Shown piece after piece: positions 28,282 through 41,505 of a stretch of DNA of 64,000 nt (positions are counted from its first letter, which is position 1; every line of letters begins with the position of its first letter). Under the pieces are notes generated by a model. The model made no database searches, had not been told where the DNA came from, and was given only the letters and a program-made list of their open reading frames with translations. The stretch is from Candidatus Rokuibacteriota bacterium (GTDB lineage Bacteria; Methylomirabilota; Methylomirabilia; Rokubacteriales; CSP1-6). The DNA lies in NCBI GenBank assembly GCA_016188005.1, contig JACPIQ010000008.1, positions 128,484 to 192,483 on the forward strand, in the 5' to 3' direction. Both the position numbers and the translations under genes were made by a program.

Positions 28282-29865
28282 GTGAGCGACCCGCAAAAGG
28301 ACGTGCACGCCTCTGTGGTGAGCGCGGTGGGGAGCATCGGGCTGGCCACACTGGCGAGCCGGGTCCTCGGCTATGTTCGCGACATGGTGGTGGCGCGGAC
28401 GTTCGGCGCCGGCCCCGTCACGGACGCCTTCTTCGTGGCCTTCAGGATCCCTAACTTGCTGCGCCGCCTGCTCGCCGAAGGGGCGCTGTCCACGGCAATC
28501 ATCCCGGTCTTGACCGCCTATCTCACGCGCGAGAGCGCCCCCGTGGTGGCGCGGATGCTGCGTGCGGTGGCGGGAGCAGGCACCGCCACCCTCTGCCTCG
28601 TCTCCGTCCTGGGCGTCTTCGGGGCGCCGTGGATCGTCACGGTGATGGCGCCGGGCTGGGCGGCGGATCCGCCGCTGCTGGCCCTGGCGGTGCGGCTGAC
28701 CCGCGTCATGTTCCCGTACATCCTCCTGGTCGGGCTCGCAGCGCTGGCGGCCGGGATCCTCAACGCCCATCACCGCTTCTTCACCGCCGCCCTGGGGCCG
28801 GCGGTGCTGAACCTCGGGATGATCGGGGCGGTGCTGCTGCTCGCGGCGCGCGTGGACCCGCCCGTCCTCTCGCTGGCCCTCGGTGTCCTGGTCGGCGGGG
28901 TCGGGCAGCTGCTGGTGCAGCTGCCGGAGGTGAAGCGTCTGGGGTTGCCCCTGTGCCCTTCCCTGGAGTGGTCGCACCCGGCGCTGCGGACCATCGCGCG
29001 CCGCCTGGCGCCGGCCGCCTTCGGCCTCGCGGCGGTCCAGATCACGGTCGTGGTGAACACGCTCCTGGCCTCGCTCCTGCCGACCGGCAGCGTGTCGTAC
29101 CTCTACTATGCCGACCGGGTCATGGAGTTCCCGCTCGGCGTGTTCGGCATCGCCCTGGCGACGGCCGCGCTGCCGAGCATGGCGGCCCAGGCGGCCCGGG
29201 GAGACCACGGGTCCCTGGCGGACACGCTGAATTTCTCGCTGCGCCTCACGGCTTTCACCGCGGTGCCGGCCGCGGTGGGCCTCATCACCCTCGGGGCGCC
29301 CATCGTCGGCCTGCTCTTCCAGCGGGGCCGTTTCGGGCCTGAGGAGGCGGCCGCCACGACACTCGCGCTGACGGGGTATGCGGCGGGCCTGCCGGCGTTC
29401 TCGGCCACCCGCCTTGCCGCGCAGACCTTCTACGCGCTGGGAGACACGCGCACGCCCGTCCTGCTCGGCTTCGCCTCGGTGGCCGCCAACGTCGCTCTCG
29501 CGCTGGTGCTCATGTGGCCCCTCGGGCATGCGGGGCTCGCGCTGGCCTCGTCCTTGTCCTCCTACGTCAACCTGCTCGGCCTCGGCTGGCGGCTCAGGGT
29601 CAGGCTGGGGCCCATCGGGGGGCGCCGCATGGTCACGTCGCTGGCCCGCACGCTCGGGGCCGCGACCGCGCTCGTCCTCTGGTGCCTCTGGCTCGCGCCG
29701 GCCTGGGATGGCTCGCTGCGGGCGGCGGCGTGGACGGTTCTCGCCATCGGCGGGGGCGGAGTGGTCTACGGGGCAGCGGCCCTGGCGCTGCGGGCGCCGG
29801 AGCTCACTGCGCTGCTCGGGTTGGCGCGCCGGGGGCAATCCTTGCCCGGTGCGCGCGGAGGGTGA
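28282..29865 (+). CDS. murJ: Lipid II flippase MurJ
   Basis: SRVLGYVRD, DAFFVAFRIPNLLRRLLAEGALS, YYADRVMEFPLG. Divergent from rpsT. Confidence 0.95.
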   Translation: MSDPQKDVHASVVSAVGSIGLATLASRVLGYVRDMVVARTFGAGPVTDAFFVAFRIPNLLRRLLAEGALSTAIIPVLTAYLTRESAPVVARMLRAVAGAGTATLCLVSVLGVFGAPWIVTVMAPGWAADPPLLALAVRLTRVMFPYILLVGLAALAAGILNAHHRFFTAALGPAVLNLGMIGAVLLLAARVDPPVLSLALGVLVGGVGQLLVQLPEVKRLGLPLCPSLEWSHPALRTIARRLAPAAFGLAAVQITVVVNTLLASLLPTGSVSYLYYADRVMEFPLGVFGIALATAALPSMAAQAARGDHGSLADTLNFSLRLTAFTAVPAAVGLITLGAPIVGLLFQRGRFGPEEAAATTLALTGYAAGLPAFSATRLAAQTFYALGDTRTPVLLGFASVAANVALALVLMWPLGHAGLALASSLSSYVNLLGLGWRLRVRLGPIGGRRMVTSLARTLGAATALVLWCLWLAPAWDGSLRAAAWTVLAIGGGGVVYGAAALALRAPELTALLGLARRGQSLPGARGG

Positions 29866-29990
29866 TACACTTCGTCATGCCCGCCGAGCTTGCTGGAGGC
29901 GCCCCGGTGGTGGCCAGGCAGACGGATCAGAGCCACCGCCGGGGCGTCGCCGCGTTCCGTCTGCACTCGACCAGCGCCAGGGGCTGGTGA
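29842..29990 (+). promoter_or_regulatory. Promoter plus structured leader/uORF upstream of xerD
   Basis: TTGCCC-N18-TACACT with TG extension. 17-bp stem 29898-29914/29932-29948. Loop 9-mer complementary to 29956-29964. Confidence 0.55.
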
Positions 29991-30901
29991 TGGATCCGGT
30001 GACCGCCTTCCTCGAGGCCCTCCAGCTGGAGCGGGGGGCCTCTCATAATACTGTCTCCGCCTACCGCGGCGACCTGGCCGACTTGAGCCGGTTTCTGGAG
30101 CGCAGCGGACGGAGCCTCCGCGCGGTGACGCTCCGCGATCTCGCCGACTACGTGATGTCCCTGAGACGCCGCGGGCTCGGCACGCGAAGCGTGGCGCGCC
30201 GGCTGTCGGCGGTGCGGGGGCTTTACCGTTTCCTTGCGGCCGCGGGCGGCATTGCGCGGGATCCCACCGAGCACCTGGAGAGCCCCAGGCCGCCGCGCCG
30301 GTTGCCGAGGACGCTGTCCGTCGAGGACGCGGCCGCCGTGGTCGAGACGCCCGACACGACGCGTCCAGAAGGGCTCCGGGACCGTGCGCTGCTGGAACTG
30401 CTCTATGCCTCGGGCATGCGCGCCTCCGAGGCGCTGGGGCTGAGGCTCGAGGACCTCAACCTCACCGCCGGGTACGTGGTGTGCATGGGCAAGGGGAGCC
30501 GTCAGCGGCTGGTGCCCGTCGGAGGCCAGGCGCTCCGCTGGCTCCGGCTCTACCTCAACACGGCACGAGGCCGGTTCGTACGGCGGTCGGATCCCGGCAC
30601 GGTCTTCCTCGGCCGGCTGGGAGGGCCGCTGTCCCGCCAGTCGGTGTGGGGGATCCTCAAGCGCGCGGCGCGCCGCGCGGGCATCCGGGGTGGGGTATCG
30701 CCACACACGCTGCGCCACTGTTTCGCCAGCCATCTCCTCGAGCGCGGCGCCGACCTCCGCTCGGTCCAGGCCATGCTGGGACACGCCGACATCTCGACGA
30801 CGCAGATCTACACGCACCTGCCCTCGACCGTGGTCCACGAGATGTACCGGAAGTTTCACCCGCGCGCCCGCCGCGCGCCCGCTCTCGGTGCTCAAGGCTA
30901 G
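29990..30901 (+). CDS. xerD: Tyrosine recombinase XerD
   Basis: [51 protein letters not shown]. Confidence 0.92.
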   Translation: MDPVTAFLEALQLERGASHNTVSAYRGDLADLSRFLERSGRSLRAVTLRDLADYVMSLRRRGLGTRSVARRLSAVRGLYRFLAAAGGIARDPTEHLESPRPPRRLPRTLSVEDAAAVVETPDTTRPEGLRDRALLELLYASGMRASEALGLRLEDLNLTAGYVVCMGKGSRQRLVPVGGQALRWLRLYLNTARGRFVRRSDPGTVFLGRLGGPLSRQSVWGILKRAARRAGIRGGVSPHTLRHCFASHLLERGADLRSVQAMLGHADISTTQIYTHLPSTVVHEMYRKFHPRARRAPALGAQG

Positions 30902-30905
30902 GGCC

Positions 30906-34207
<3,302 letters not shown>

Positions 34208-34209
34208 GG

Positions 34210-35091
34210 GTGAGTGGCACGTTCGCGTCGCCGCTCGCCGAGGCGGGGCGGACGCGGGCCGTCCGCATCGGGGGAATCACCGTCGGCGGCGGAGCGCCGC
34301 TGGTGCTGATCGGCGGCCCGTGCGCCATCGAGGGCGAGCGTCACGCCCTCATGGTGGCGGAGCGCCTCGCGCGCATCACGGGCGCCGCGCGGGTGCCCTT
34401 CGTCTACAAGTCGTCCTACGACAAGGCCAACCGCTCCTCGGGGGACTCCTATCGCGGCCCCGGGATCAAGGAGGGGCTGCGCATCCTGCGGCGGGTGAGG
34501 GACGAGACAGGGGTGGCGGTGCTCTCCGACGTCCACGACGTCTCCGAGGTGGACGCGGCGGCGGAGGTGCTGGACGCGCTCCAGGTGCCGGCCTTCCTCT
34601 GCCGGCAAACGGACCTGCTGCTGGCCTGCGGCCGGACGGGCAAGCCGGTCAACGTGAAGAAAGGCCAGTTCCTCGCCCCGGGGGACATGGGCAACGTGGT
34701 GGCGAAGCTCCGCTCCACCGGCAACGACCGGATCCTGCTCACCGAGCGCGGCACGAGCTTCGGCTACAATAACCTCGTGGTGGACTTCCGCGGGCTCCCC
34801 ATCATGCGTGCGCTGGGTTGCCCGGTCGTGTTCGACGCCACGCACGCGGTGCAGCTGCCGGGCGGCCTGGGGCCGCGCTCGGGCGGCGAGCGGCAATACG
34901 TGCCGCCGCTGGCGCGCGCCGCCGTCGCGGTGGGGGTGGACGCCCTCTTCCTGGAGATGCACGAGGATCCGGACCGGACGCTGCCCGACGGGCGCGCCCT
35001 CTCCGACGGCCCCAACATGCTCCGCCTCGACGACCTGCCGCGGCTCCTGGCCGAGATCAAGGCCATCCAGGCCGGACTCGGCCCGTCATGA
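34210..35091 (+). CDS. kdsA: KDO8P synthase
   Basis: [42 protein letters not shown]. Confidence 0.96.
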   Translation: MSGTFASPLAEAGRTRAVRIGGITVGGGAPLVLIGGPCAIEGERHALMVAERLARITGAARVPFVYKSSYDKANRSSGDSYRGPGIKEGLRILRRVRDETGVAVLSDVHDVSEVDAAAEVLDALQVPAFLCRQTDLLLACGRTGKPVNVKKGQFLAPGDMGNVVAKLRSTGNDRILLTERGTSFGYNNLVVDFRGLPIMRALGCPVVFDATHAVQLPGGLGPRSGGERQYVPPLARAAVAVGVDALFLEMHEDPDRTLPDGRALSDGPNMLRLDDLPRLLAEIKAIQAGLGPS

Positions 35092-35104
35092 CGGGAGGCG
35101 CCTG

Positions 35105-36076
35105 ATGGACGGACCGCGGCTCCTGAGCCTCGCGGACCGCGTCCTGCGCATCGAGGCCTCGGGCATCCTTGGCCTCTGCGCAAGGCTCGACGAGAGGTTC
35201 GTGGCCGCGGTGGAGCTGCTCCACGGCTGCCGCGGGCGCGTGATCGTGACCGGCATGGGCAAGTCCGGGCACGTCGGGAGGAAAGTGGCGGCGACACTGG
35301 CGAGCACGGGCACGCCGGCCTACTTCCTGCATCCCGCCGAGGGGGCGCACGGCGATGCCGGGATGATGGCGCGGGAGGACGTGGTCCTCGCGCTGTCCAA
35401 TTCCGGCGAGACAGACGAGCTGCTGGCCGTCCTCCCGCTCCTGAAGCGCCTGGCGGTGCCGCTGATCCTGCTCACGGGCAACCCGTCCTCCACCCTGGCG
35501 CGCCAGTCGGATGTGGTGCTGGACGTGGGCGTCAGCGAGGAGGCCTGCCCGATGAACCTGGCCCCCACCTCGAGCACGACGGCCGCGCTGGCCATGGGGG
35601 ACGCGCTGGCCATGGCGCTGCTCGACCTGCGCGGGCTGCGCCCCGAGGACTACGCCGCGCTCCATCCGGCGGGGAGCCTCGGCTGGAAGGCCCTCTTCAA
35701 GGTGGGTGACCTCATGCACGTCGGTGAGGCGGTGCCGGTGGTCCGCGAGACCAGCAGCATGACGGAGGCCATCACCGAGATGACCGCCAAGCGACTGGGG
35801 ATGACCACGGTGGTGGACGTGCAAGGCCGGCTCAGGGGCGTGATCACCGACGGCGACCTGCGCCGCCAGCAGCTGGCCGGCGGCTCTCTCCTGGAGCGAC
35901 GCGCCGGCGAGTGCATGACGCCGAACCCCAAGCGGATCGGCGCCGGGGACCTGGCAGCCAGGGCGCTCTCGCTGATGGAGGCTCACGCCATCACGAGCCT
36001 GGTGATCGCGGACGAGGCCGAGCGGCCCGCCGGGGTCATCCACCTCCACGACATCCTCCGCGCCAAGATCGTGTGA
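35105..36076 (+). CDS. kdsD: Arabinose-5-phosphate isomerase (KpsF/GutQ)
   Basis: GMGKSGHVG, SNSGET, APTSST, HPAGSLG, CBS pair. Confidence 0.95.
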   Translation: MDGPRLLSLADRVLRIEASGILGLCARLDERFVAAVELLHGCRGRVIVTGMGKSGHVGRKVAATLASTGTPAYFLHPAEGAHGDAGMMAREDVVLALSNSGETDELLAVLPLLKRLAVPLILLTGNPSSTLARQSDVVLDVGVSEEACPMNLAPTSSTTAALAMGDALAMALLDLRGLRPEDYAALHPAGSLGWKALFKVGDLMHVGEAVPVVRETSSMTEAITEMTAKRLGMTTVVDVQGRLRGVITDGDLRRQQLAGGSLLERRAGECMTPNPKRIGAGDLAARALSLMEAHAITSLVIADEAERPAGVIHLHDILRAKIV

Positions 36077-36594
36077 GGACCCCCGCGACCCGGGCCGCGC
36101 TCATCCGGCTCCTCGTTCTCGATGTGGATGGCGTCCTCACCGACGGGGGGCTCCTTTACGGCGCGGGCGGGGAGGAGATCAAGCGCTTCGACGTGCACGA
36201 TGGGTGGGCGCTGGCGGCCGCCCGCCGCGCCGGGCTCGAGGTCGGCGTCATCTCCGGGCGGGCCTCGGCGGCGGTGACGCGCCGGATGGCCGAGCTCGGC
36301 ATCCAGGAGGTCCACCAGGGAGTCGGCGACAAGCCTGCGCGCCTGGCGCAGATCATGGCGCGGCTGGCTGTCGAGCCGGGCCAGGTCGCCGTGATGGGCG
36401 ACGACCTGCCGGACCTGCCGCTCATGAAGACGGTCGCGCTCGCGCTGGCGCCCGCCAATGCCGCCCCCGAGGTCCGGCGCGCGGCCCACTGGGTCTCCCG
36501 CCGGCGGGGGGGCGAGGGCGCCGTGAGGGAAGCGATCGAGATGATTCTGCGCGCGCGGAAGGCCTGGCCCCCGCCCGAACCAGCCAGTCGCTGA
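36073..36594 (+). CDS. kdsC: KDO8P phosphatase
   Basis: HAD motif DVDGVLTDG, GDDLPD, GGEGAVRE. Confidence 0.95.
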   Translation: MRTPATRAALIRLLVLDVDGVLTDGGLLYGAGGEEIKRFDVHDGWALAAARRAGLEVGVISGRASAAVTRRMAELGIQEVHQGVGDKPARLAQIMARLAVEPGQVAVMGDDLPDLPLMKTVALALAPANAAPEVRRAAHWVSRRRGGEGAVREAIEMILRARKAWPPPEPASR

Positions 36595-36617
36595 GCCCCT
36601 CTCGCGGCCTTTCTTCG

Positions 36618-36648
36618 TTGCCACGCTAGAGGGGCTGTGCTAGCGTGG
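36618..36648 (+). promoter_or_regulatory. Internal promoter for lptCAB-rpoN with overlapping inverted repeat
   Basis: TTGCCA-N17-TAGCGT with TG extension. Inverted repeat CCACGCTAG-N10-CTAGCGTGG. Confidence 0.55.
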
Positions 36649-36656
36649 TACTGAAA

Positions 36657-37247
36657 TTGCATACCCAGCGGCTCTCACGCTTCATCCTGGTCGGCGTGGC
36701 GCTCTTCGTGGTCGCCATCGCCACCGTCCTCGTCGTGAGGGGATGGGTCGCCAGGATCCAGAAAGCCGAGGTCGCCTTAACGAAGGCCGATTACCGCATC
36801 AAGCAGGTGCATCTGGAGGAGGAGGCGCGGGGCGGGGTGCGCTGGCAGCTGGACGCGGACCAGGCCGAGGCTTACGAGCAGTTGGGAAAGACGACGCTTC
36901 GCAAGGTGAGGATCAGGATCCAGGAACCCGAGCGGAGCTGGACGGTGACGGGGGACGAGGGAGAGTTGGCGCACCGGACGAAGGACGTGGAGCTCAGGGG
37001 GAACGTGGTGCTGGTCTCGAGCGACGGGCTCCGGCTGGAGACGGCGCGGCTGCGCTGGGACGCCGCCAGGCAGCGCGCCTGGAGCGACGATCCCGTGACG
37101 CTCTTCCGCCAAGGCGCCGTCATTCGGGGCCAGGGTCTCGACGCCAGCGTCGGCGGGCACACGGAGATCATGGGGCGCGTCCGGGCCACGCTCGGCGAGC
37201 GGGCCGGCGCACCGCCCGCGACCGCAGGCGCCGGGGTCCCGCGGTGA
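36657..37247 (+). CDS. lptC: LPS export protein LptC
   Basis: Single N-terminal TM and beta-jellyroll-like sequence (WQLDADQA, LRGNVVL). Lies between kdsC and lptA. Start TTG 36657 or GTG 36645. Confidence 0.85.
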   Translation: MHTQRLSRFILVGVALFVVAIATVLVVRGWVARIQKAEVALTKADYRIKQVHLEEEARGGVRWQLDADQAEAYEQLGKTTLRKVRIRIQEPERSWTVTGDEGELAHRTKDVELRGNVVLVSSDGLRLETARLRWDAARQRAWSDDPVTLFRQGAVIRGQGLDASVGGHTEIMGRVRATLGERAGAPPATAGAGVPR

Positions 37248-37876
37248 AGCGCGCGCTGGGAGCGCTGGCGACATGCGTCGTGCTGGCCGGGCTCGCCCCG
37301 CTAGATCTCGGAGCGCAGCAGGGGGCGCAGGGCCGGCGGCGGCCCGCCCAGGAGGCGACGCCTCGGCAGAGCCCCACCAAGCCGGCCCACCCCGACCCCG
37401 CGGCGGCACGGCGGAAGAGCGAGGACAAGGGCGCTCCGGTGACCGTGGATGCCGACCGGCTGGAGTCCATGCAGAAGGAAGGTCTCGTCATCTTCACGGG
37501 CAACGTGGTTGCGCGCCAGAACAACTCCACGCAGTACGCCGACCGGATGGAGGTGTATCTGGACGCCGGAGGGGACCGGATCATCCGCACCGTCTCGAGC
37601 GGGAGCGTCCGGATCGTCACCAAGGACTGCCGTACGGGCATGGCCCGGCGCGCCGAGTACCACGACGCCGAGCAGCGCGTGGTGCTGATCGGCGATGCCC
37701 GGGTGTGGCAGGAGGAGAACGTCGTGACCGGGGAGCGGATCACGATCTTCCTCGCCGAGGATCGCAGCGTGGTGGAGGGTGGCCGGCAGGAGCGCGTGAA
37801 GGCCGTCTTCTACCCGAAGCGCGAGGGGGCGCCGGGCGGTGAGGCCCGGTCCGCGCCCGGGGCCCCGTGCCGGTGA
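37244..37876 (+). CDS. lptA: LPS export periplasmic protein LptA
   Basis: Signal peptide, [26 protein letters not shown]. Confidence 0.88.
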   Translation: MKRALGALATCVVLAGLAPLDLGAQQGAQGRRRPAQEATPRQSPTKPAHPDPAAARRKSEDKGAPVTVDADRLESMQKEGLVIFTGNVVARQNNSTQYADRMEVYLDAGGDRIIRTVSSGSVRIVTKDCRTGMARRAEYHDAEQRVVLIGDARVWQEENVVTGERITIFLAEDRSVVEGGRQERVKAVFYPKREGAPGGEARSAPGAPCR

Positions 37877-37880
37877 GGCC

Positions 37881-38603
37881 ATGGAGGGGCTGATCGCGCA
37901 GGGTCTGGTGAAGAGTTTCCGCAACCGACTCGTGGTGGATCGCGTCAGTCTGGACATACAGCGCGGGGAGGTGGTGGGCCTCCTGGGCCCCAACGGGGCG
38001 GGGAAGACGACCTCGTTCTACATGATCGTGGGGCTGCTCAGACCCGAGGGCGGACGCATCTTCCTCGAGGGCCACGAGATCACCGATCTGCCCATGTACC
38101 TGCGCTGCCGGATGGGCATGGGGTACCTGCCACAGGAGTCCTCGGTGTTCCGCAAGCTGACGGTGGAGGAGAATCTCCTCGCGATCCTCGAGACCCTGGA
38201 CCTGGCGGTCCAGGAGCGCGCGGCCCGGCTGCGGGTCCTGCTCGCCGAGTTGGACCTCACCCCGCTGGCGCGGCACAAGGCCTACACCCTCTCGGGCGGC
38301 GAGCGGAGGCGGCTGGAGATCACCCGGGCGCTGGTCACGAGCCCGCGCTACCTGCTGCTCGACGAGCCCTTCACCGGGATCGATCCCATCGCCATCGGCG
38401 ATATCCAGGAGATCGTCGCGCGGCTGAAGGAACGGGGGATCGGCGTCCTCATCACCGACCACAACGTGCGCGAGACGCTGGCCATCACTGACCGCGCCTA
38501 CATCCTCTATCACGGGAAGATCCTGGCCTCGGGGACCGCCGCGGAGCTGGCCGGCAACCCCCGGGCGCGCGAGATCTACCTCGGGGAGAAGTTCTCGCTG
38601 TGA
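37881..38603 (+). CDS. lptB: LPS export ABC ATPase LptB
   Basis: [44 protein letters not shown]. Confidence 0.97.
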   Translation: MEGLIAQGLVKSFRNRLVVDRVSLDIQRGEVVGLLGPNGAGKTTSFYMIVGLLRPEGGRIFLEGHEITDLPMYLRCRMGMGYLPQESSVFRKLTVEENLLAILETLDLAVQERAARLRVLLAELDLTPLARHKAYTLSGGERRRLEITRALVTSPRYLLLDEPFTGIDPIAIGDIQEIVARLKERGIGVLITDHNVRETLAITDRAYILYHGKILASGTAAELAGNPRAREIYLGEKFSL

Positions 38604-38626
38604 CGACGCGGCGGAGTGCCTGACAC

Positions 38627-40078
38627 ATGCGCCTCGGTCTCCGGCTGACACAGCGGGTGGTGATGACGCCGCTGCTCCAGCAGGCGATCCAGCTCCTGCA
38701 GCTCTCGACGCTGGAGCTGAAGGAGGTGGTCGAGCAGGAGCTGCGCGACAACCCGATGCTCGAGGAGGTGCCCACCGAGGGGACGGACGCCACCGCGGAG
38801 GCGCCGTCCGAGGACCTGGCGGATTCGCCGCCCGGGCCGACGGCGAACGAGCCCGCGCCGAATGAATCCACCTCGGTGGCCGAGGAGCGGACTGACGACC
38901 TGCCGTTCGACCTCACCTCTGCCGTGTTCGACCAGCCCGACGAGCGAACGCCGGTGTCCACGGAGGAGCGGGACGAGCTCCCCTTCGAGAACTTGGGACG
39001 CGGCGACATCTCCCTGGCCGAGCACCTCGCCGAGCAGCTGCGACTCGCCACGGACGTCCCCGAGGAGCTGGCCGTCGGCGAGGCCATCATCGGCAACCTC
39101 GACGAGGACGGGTACCTGCGGGCCGAGGTCGCGGAGATCGCCGAGCTGATGCGATGCCCCACCGAGGTGGTGGAGCGGATGCTGACGCTGATCCAGAGCT
39201 TCGATCCCACCGGGATCGCCGCCCGGAGCATCCAGGAGTGCCTGCTCCTGCAGCTCCGGGCCGACTCCGAGCCCGATCCGGTCTCGGTGGAGATCGTGGA
39301 GCTCCACCTGGCGGCCCTCGAGCGGCGGCGCTATGCCGACATCGCGCGTGCGCTCAAGCTCCCGCTGGACCGCGTCATGGAGTCCATCGAGGAGATCCAG
39401 GGGCTCGAACCGAAGCCCGGCCGGCGCTTCGCGCCGGCCGACCAGCGCTACATCGCGCCCGACGTGACCATCGAGAAGCTCGGCGGTGAGTACATCGTGG
39501 TGCTCAACGAGGACGGCATCCCGCGACTACGAGTCAACGCGCTCTACCGGTCGCTGCTGCGGGGCTCGGCGGGGGAGGACAAGCAGTTCGTGGAGCAGAA
39601 GCTGCGCTCGGCGGTGTGGCTCATCAAGAGCGTGGAGCAGCGCCAGCGGACCCTCCGCAAGGTCGCCACGAGTCTGGTCAAGTTCCAGCGGGACTTCCTT
39701 GACAAGGGGCTCCCGTACCTGCGCCCGCTGGCGCTCCGGGACGTGGGCGAGGACATCGGCATGCACGAGTCCACGATCAGCCGGGTCACGACGAACAAGT
39801 ACGTGCAGACGCCCCAGGGGCTGTTCGAGCTCAAGTACTTCTTCCACAGCGGCATCGCGTCCAGCAGCGGCGACGTGGTCTCCTCGGTGTCGGTCAAGAA
39901 GATGATCCAGGACATGGTCGTCGCCGAGGACCAGGGCAAGCCGCTCTCCGACCAGGACGTCGCCCGGGAGTTGCACGCCAAGGGGTTGACCATCGCCCGC
40001 CGGACCGTGGCGAAGTACCGCGAGGAGCTGGGGATCCTCCCCTCCCACCAGCGTCGCCTCACGCCCCGGAAACGATAG
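38627..40078 (+). CDS. rpoN: RNA polymerase sigma-54 factor
   Basis: MTPLLQQAIQLLQLS, HESTISR, RpoN box ARRTVAKYR. Confidence 0.97.
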   Translation: MRLGLRLTQRVVMTPLLQQAIQLLQLSTLELKEVVEQELRDNPMLEEVPTEGTDATAEAPSEDLADSPPGPTANEPAPNESTSVAEERTDDLPFDLTSAVFDQPDERTPVSTEERDELPFENLGRGDISLAEHLAEQLRLATDVPEELAVGEAIIGNLDEDGYLRAEVAEIAELMRCPTEVVERMLTLIQSFDPTGIAARSIQECLLLQLRADSEPDPVSVEIVELHLAALERRRYADIARALKLPLDRVMESIEEIQGLEPKPGRRFAPADQRYIAPDVTIEKLGGEYIVVLNEDGIPRLRVNALYRSLLRGSAGEDKQFVEQKLRSAVWLIKSVEQRQRTLRKVATSLVKFQRDFLDKGLPYLRPLALRDVGEDIGMHESTISRVTTNKYVQTPQGLFELKYFFHSGIASSSGDVVSSVSVKKMIQDMVVAEDQGKPLSDQDVARELHAKGLTIARRTVAKYREELGILPSHQRRLTPRKR

Positions 40079-40093
40079 CCCGGAGACCGGGAC

Positions 40094-40615
40094 ATGGGCG
40101 TGATCATCAGCACGCGAGGGTTCACCGTCTCCAACACGTACAAGGACGCGCTCACGCGGCGGCTCGACAGGCTGGCGCGGCTGCTGCCCAAGCTCACCGA
40201 GGCGAGGATCGTGCTCTCCAAGGAGAAGCACCGTCGCACGGCAGCGCTGACGCTCCGGGGGAAGCACCGCACCTTCCGCAGCACGGAGACCGCCGAGGAT
40301 CTGTCGGTGGCGGTGGATCTGGCCATCGCGGCGCTGACCCGTCAGGTGCGCGAGACCAAGGACCGCGTGCGCAGCCACGGCAAGGGCCGGCGGCGGCCGC
40401 CGGCGGCCGCGGCGGTTCCCGAGACGGCGGCGCCGGACGGGGAACTGGTCGTCCGGCGCGTGGCCGCCAAGCCGATGTCCGTGGAAGAGGCCGCCGCGCA
40501 GCTGGAGCTCGGCCGGGAGCAGTTCCTGGTCTTCACCAATGCCGGGACGGATTCGGTGAACGTGCTCTACCGCCGCAAGAGCGGAGGCCTCGGGCTCATC
40601 GAGCCCGTGGCCTGA
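40094..40615 (+). CDS. hpf: Long ribosome hibernation promoting factor
   Basis: S30AE-like N-domain and C-terminal KPMSVEEA..VNVLYRR..GLIEP. Follows rpoN. Confidence 0.92.
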   Translation: MGVIISTRGFTVSNTYKDALTRRLDRLARLLPKLTEARIVLSKEKHRRTAALTLRGKHRTFRSTETAEDLSVAVDLAIAALTRQVRETKDRVRSHGKGRRRPPAAAAVPETAAPDGELVVRRVAAKPMSVEEAAAQLELGREQFLVFTNAGTDSVNVLYRRKSGGLGLIEPVA

Positions 40616-40620
40616 GGCGC

Positions 40621-41505
40621 GTGCGGCCCCCCGCGGCGAACGACCCCCCACGCTTCGTCATCATCACGGGGCTCTCCGGGGCGGGGAAGAGCTACGCGAT
40701 CAAGTGCCTGGAGGACCTCGGGTACTTCTGTGTCGACAACCTGCCGACGACGCTGATTCCCACCTTCGCGGAGCTCTGCGCGCAGTCCACACGGGAGATC
40801 AAGAAGATCGCCCTGGGCGTGGATGTGCGCGAAGGGGAGTACCTGGCGCACCTGCTGGAGATCCTGGCCGAGCTCCGCGCCAAGGGGCACGTCCCCGAGG
40901 TCCTGTTCCTCGAGGCTGCCGACGAGGCGCTCGTCCGGCGCTACCACGAGACGCGCCGGCGACACCCGCTGGCCGGGGACGGCAGCGTGCTGGACGGGAT
41001 CCGCGCCGAGCGCAAGGCGCTGGCCCACCTCCGCGAGATCGCGGACCGCATCATCGACACCTCCGGGCTCACCGTGCACCAGCTGAAAGAGCGCCTCGTG
41101 GAGGCCTACTCCGTGCGCCCCGCAGAGGGCGCGCTGGCGGTGTCCCTGATCTCCTTCGGCTACAAGCACGGGATCCCTTATGACGCCGATCTCGTGTTCG
41201 ACGTGCGCTTCCTGCCGAACCCCCACTTCGTCGAGTCGCTGCGGGCGCTGGACGGCCGCGACGCCCCCGTCACGGACTTCATCTTCTCGCAGCCGGAGAG
41301 CCGGGAGCTCCTGACGCGGCTGCAGGAACTGGTGCAGTTCCTCCTGCCGCTCTACCAGCGAGAGGGCAAGGCCTACCTGAGTGTCGCGATCGGCTGCACG
41401 GGGGGACGTCACCGCTCGGTGGCGCTGGTGGAGGCCCTGCGGGTCTTCCTCGAGGGGCTCGGGTACCGCCCGACCGTCCGACACCGGGACCTCGGCCGTG
41501 AGTGA
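40621..41505 (+). CDS. rapZ: RNase adapter RapZ
   Basis: TGLSGAGKS, VDNLP, SFGYKHG, DVRFLPNP, GCTGGRHRSV. Confidence 0.95.
   Translation: MRPPAANDPPRFVIITGLSGAGKSYAIKCLEDLGYFCVDNLPTTLIPTFAELCAQSTREIKKIALGVDVREGEYLAHLLEILAELRAKGHVPEVLFLEAADEALVRRYHETRRRHPLAGDGSVLDGIRAERKALAHLREIADRIIDTSGLTVHQLKERLVEAYSVRPAEGALAVSLISFGYKHGIPYDADLVFDVRFLPNPHFVESLRALDGRDAPVTDFIFSQPESRELLTRLQELVQFLLPLYQREGKAYLSVAIGCTGGRHRSVALVEALRVFLEGLGYRPTVRHRDLGRE

Noticed and set aside
29990-30901. Tyrosine recombinase as a phage or island integrase
   Set aside because: XerD-type length and motifs, a housekeeping context, and no att sites or cargo.
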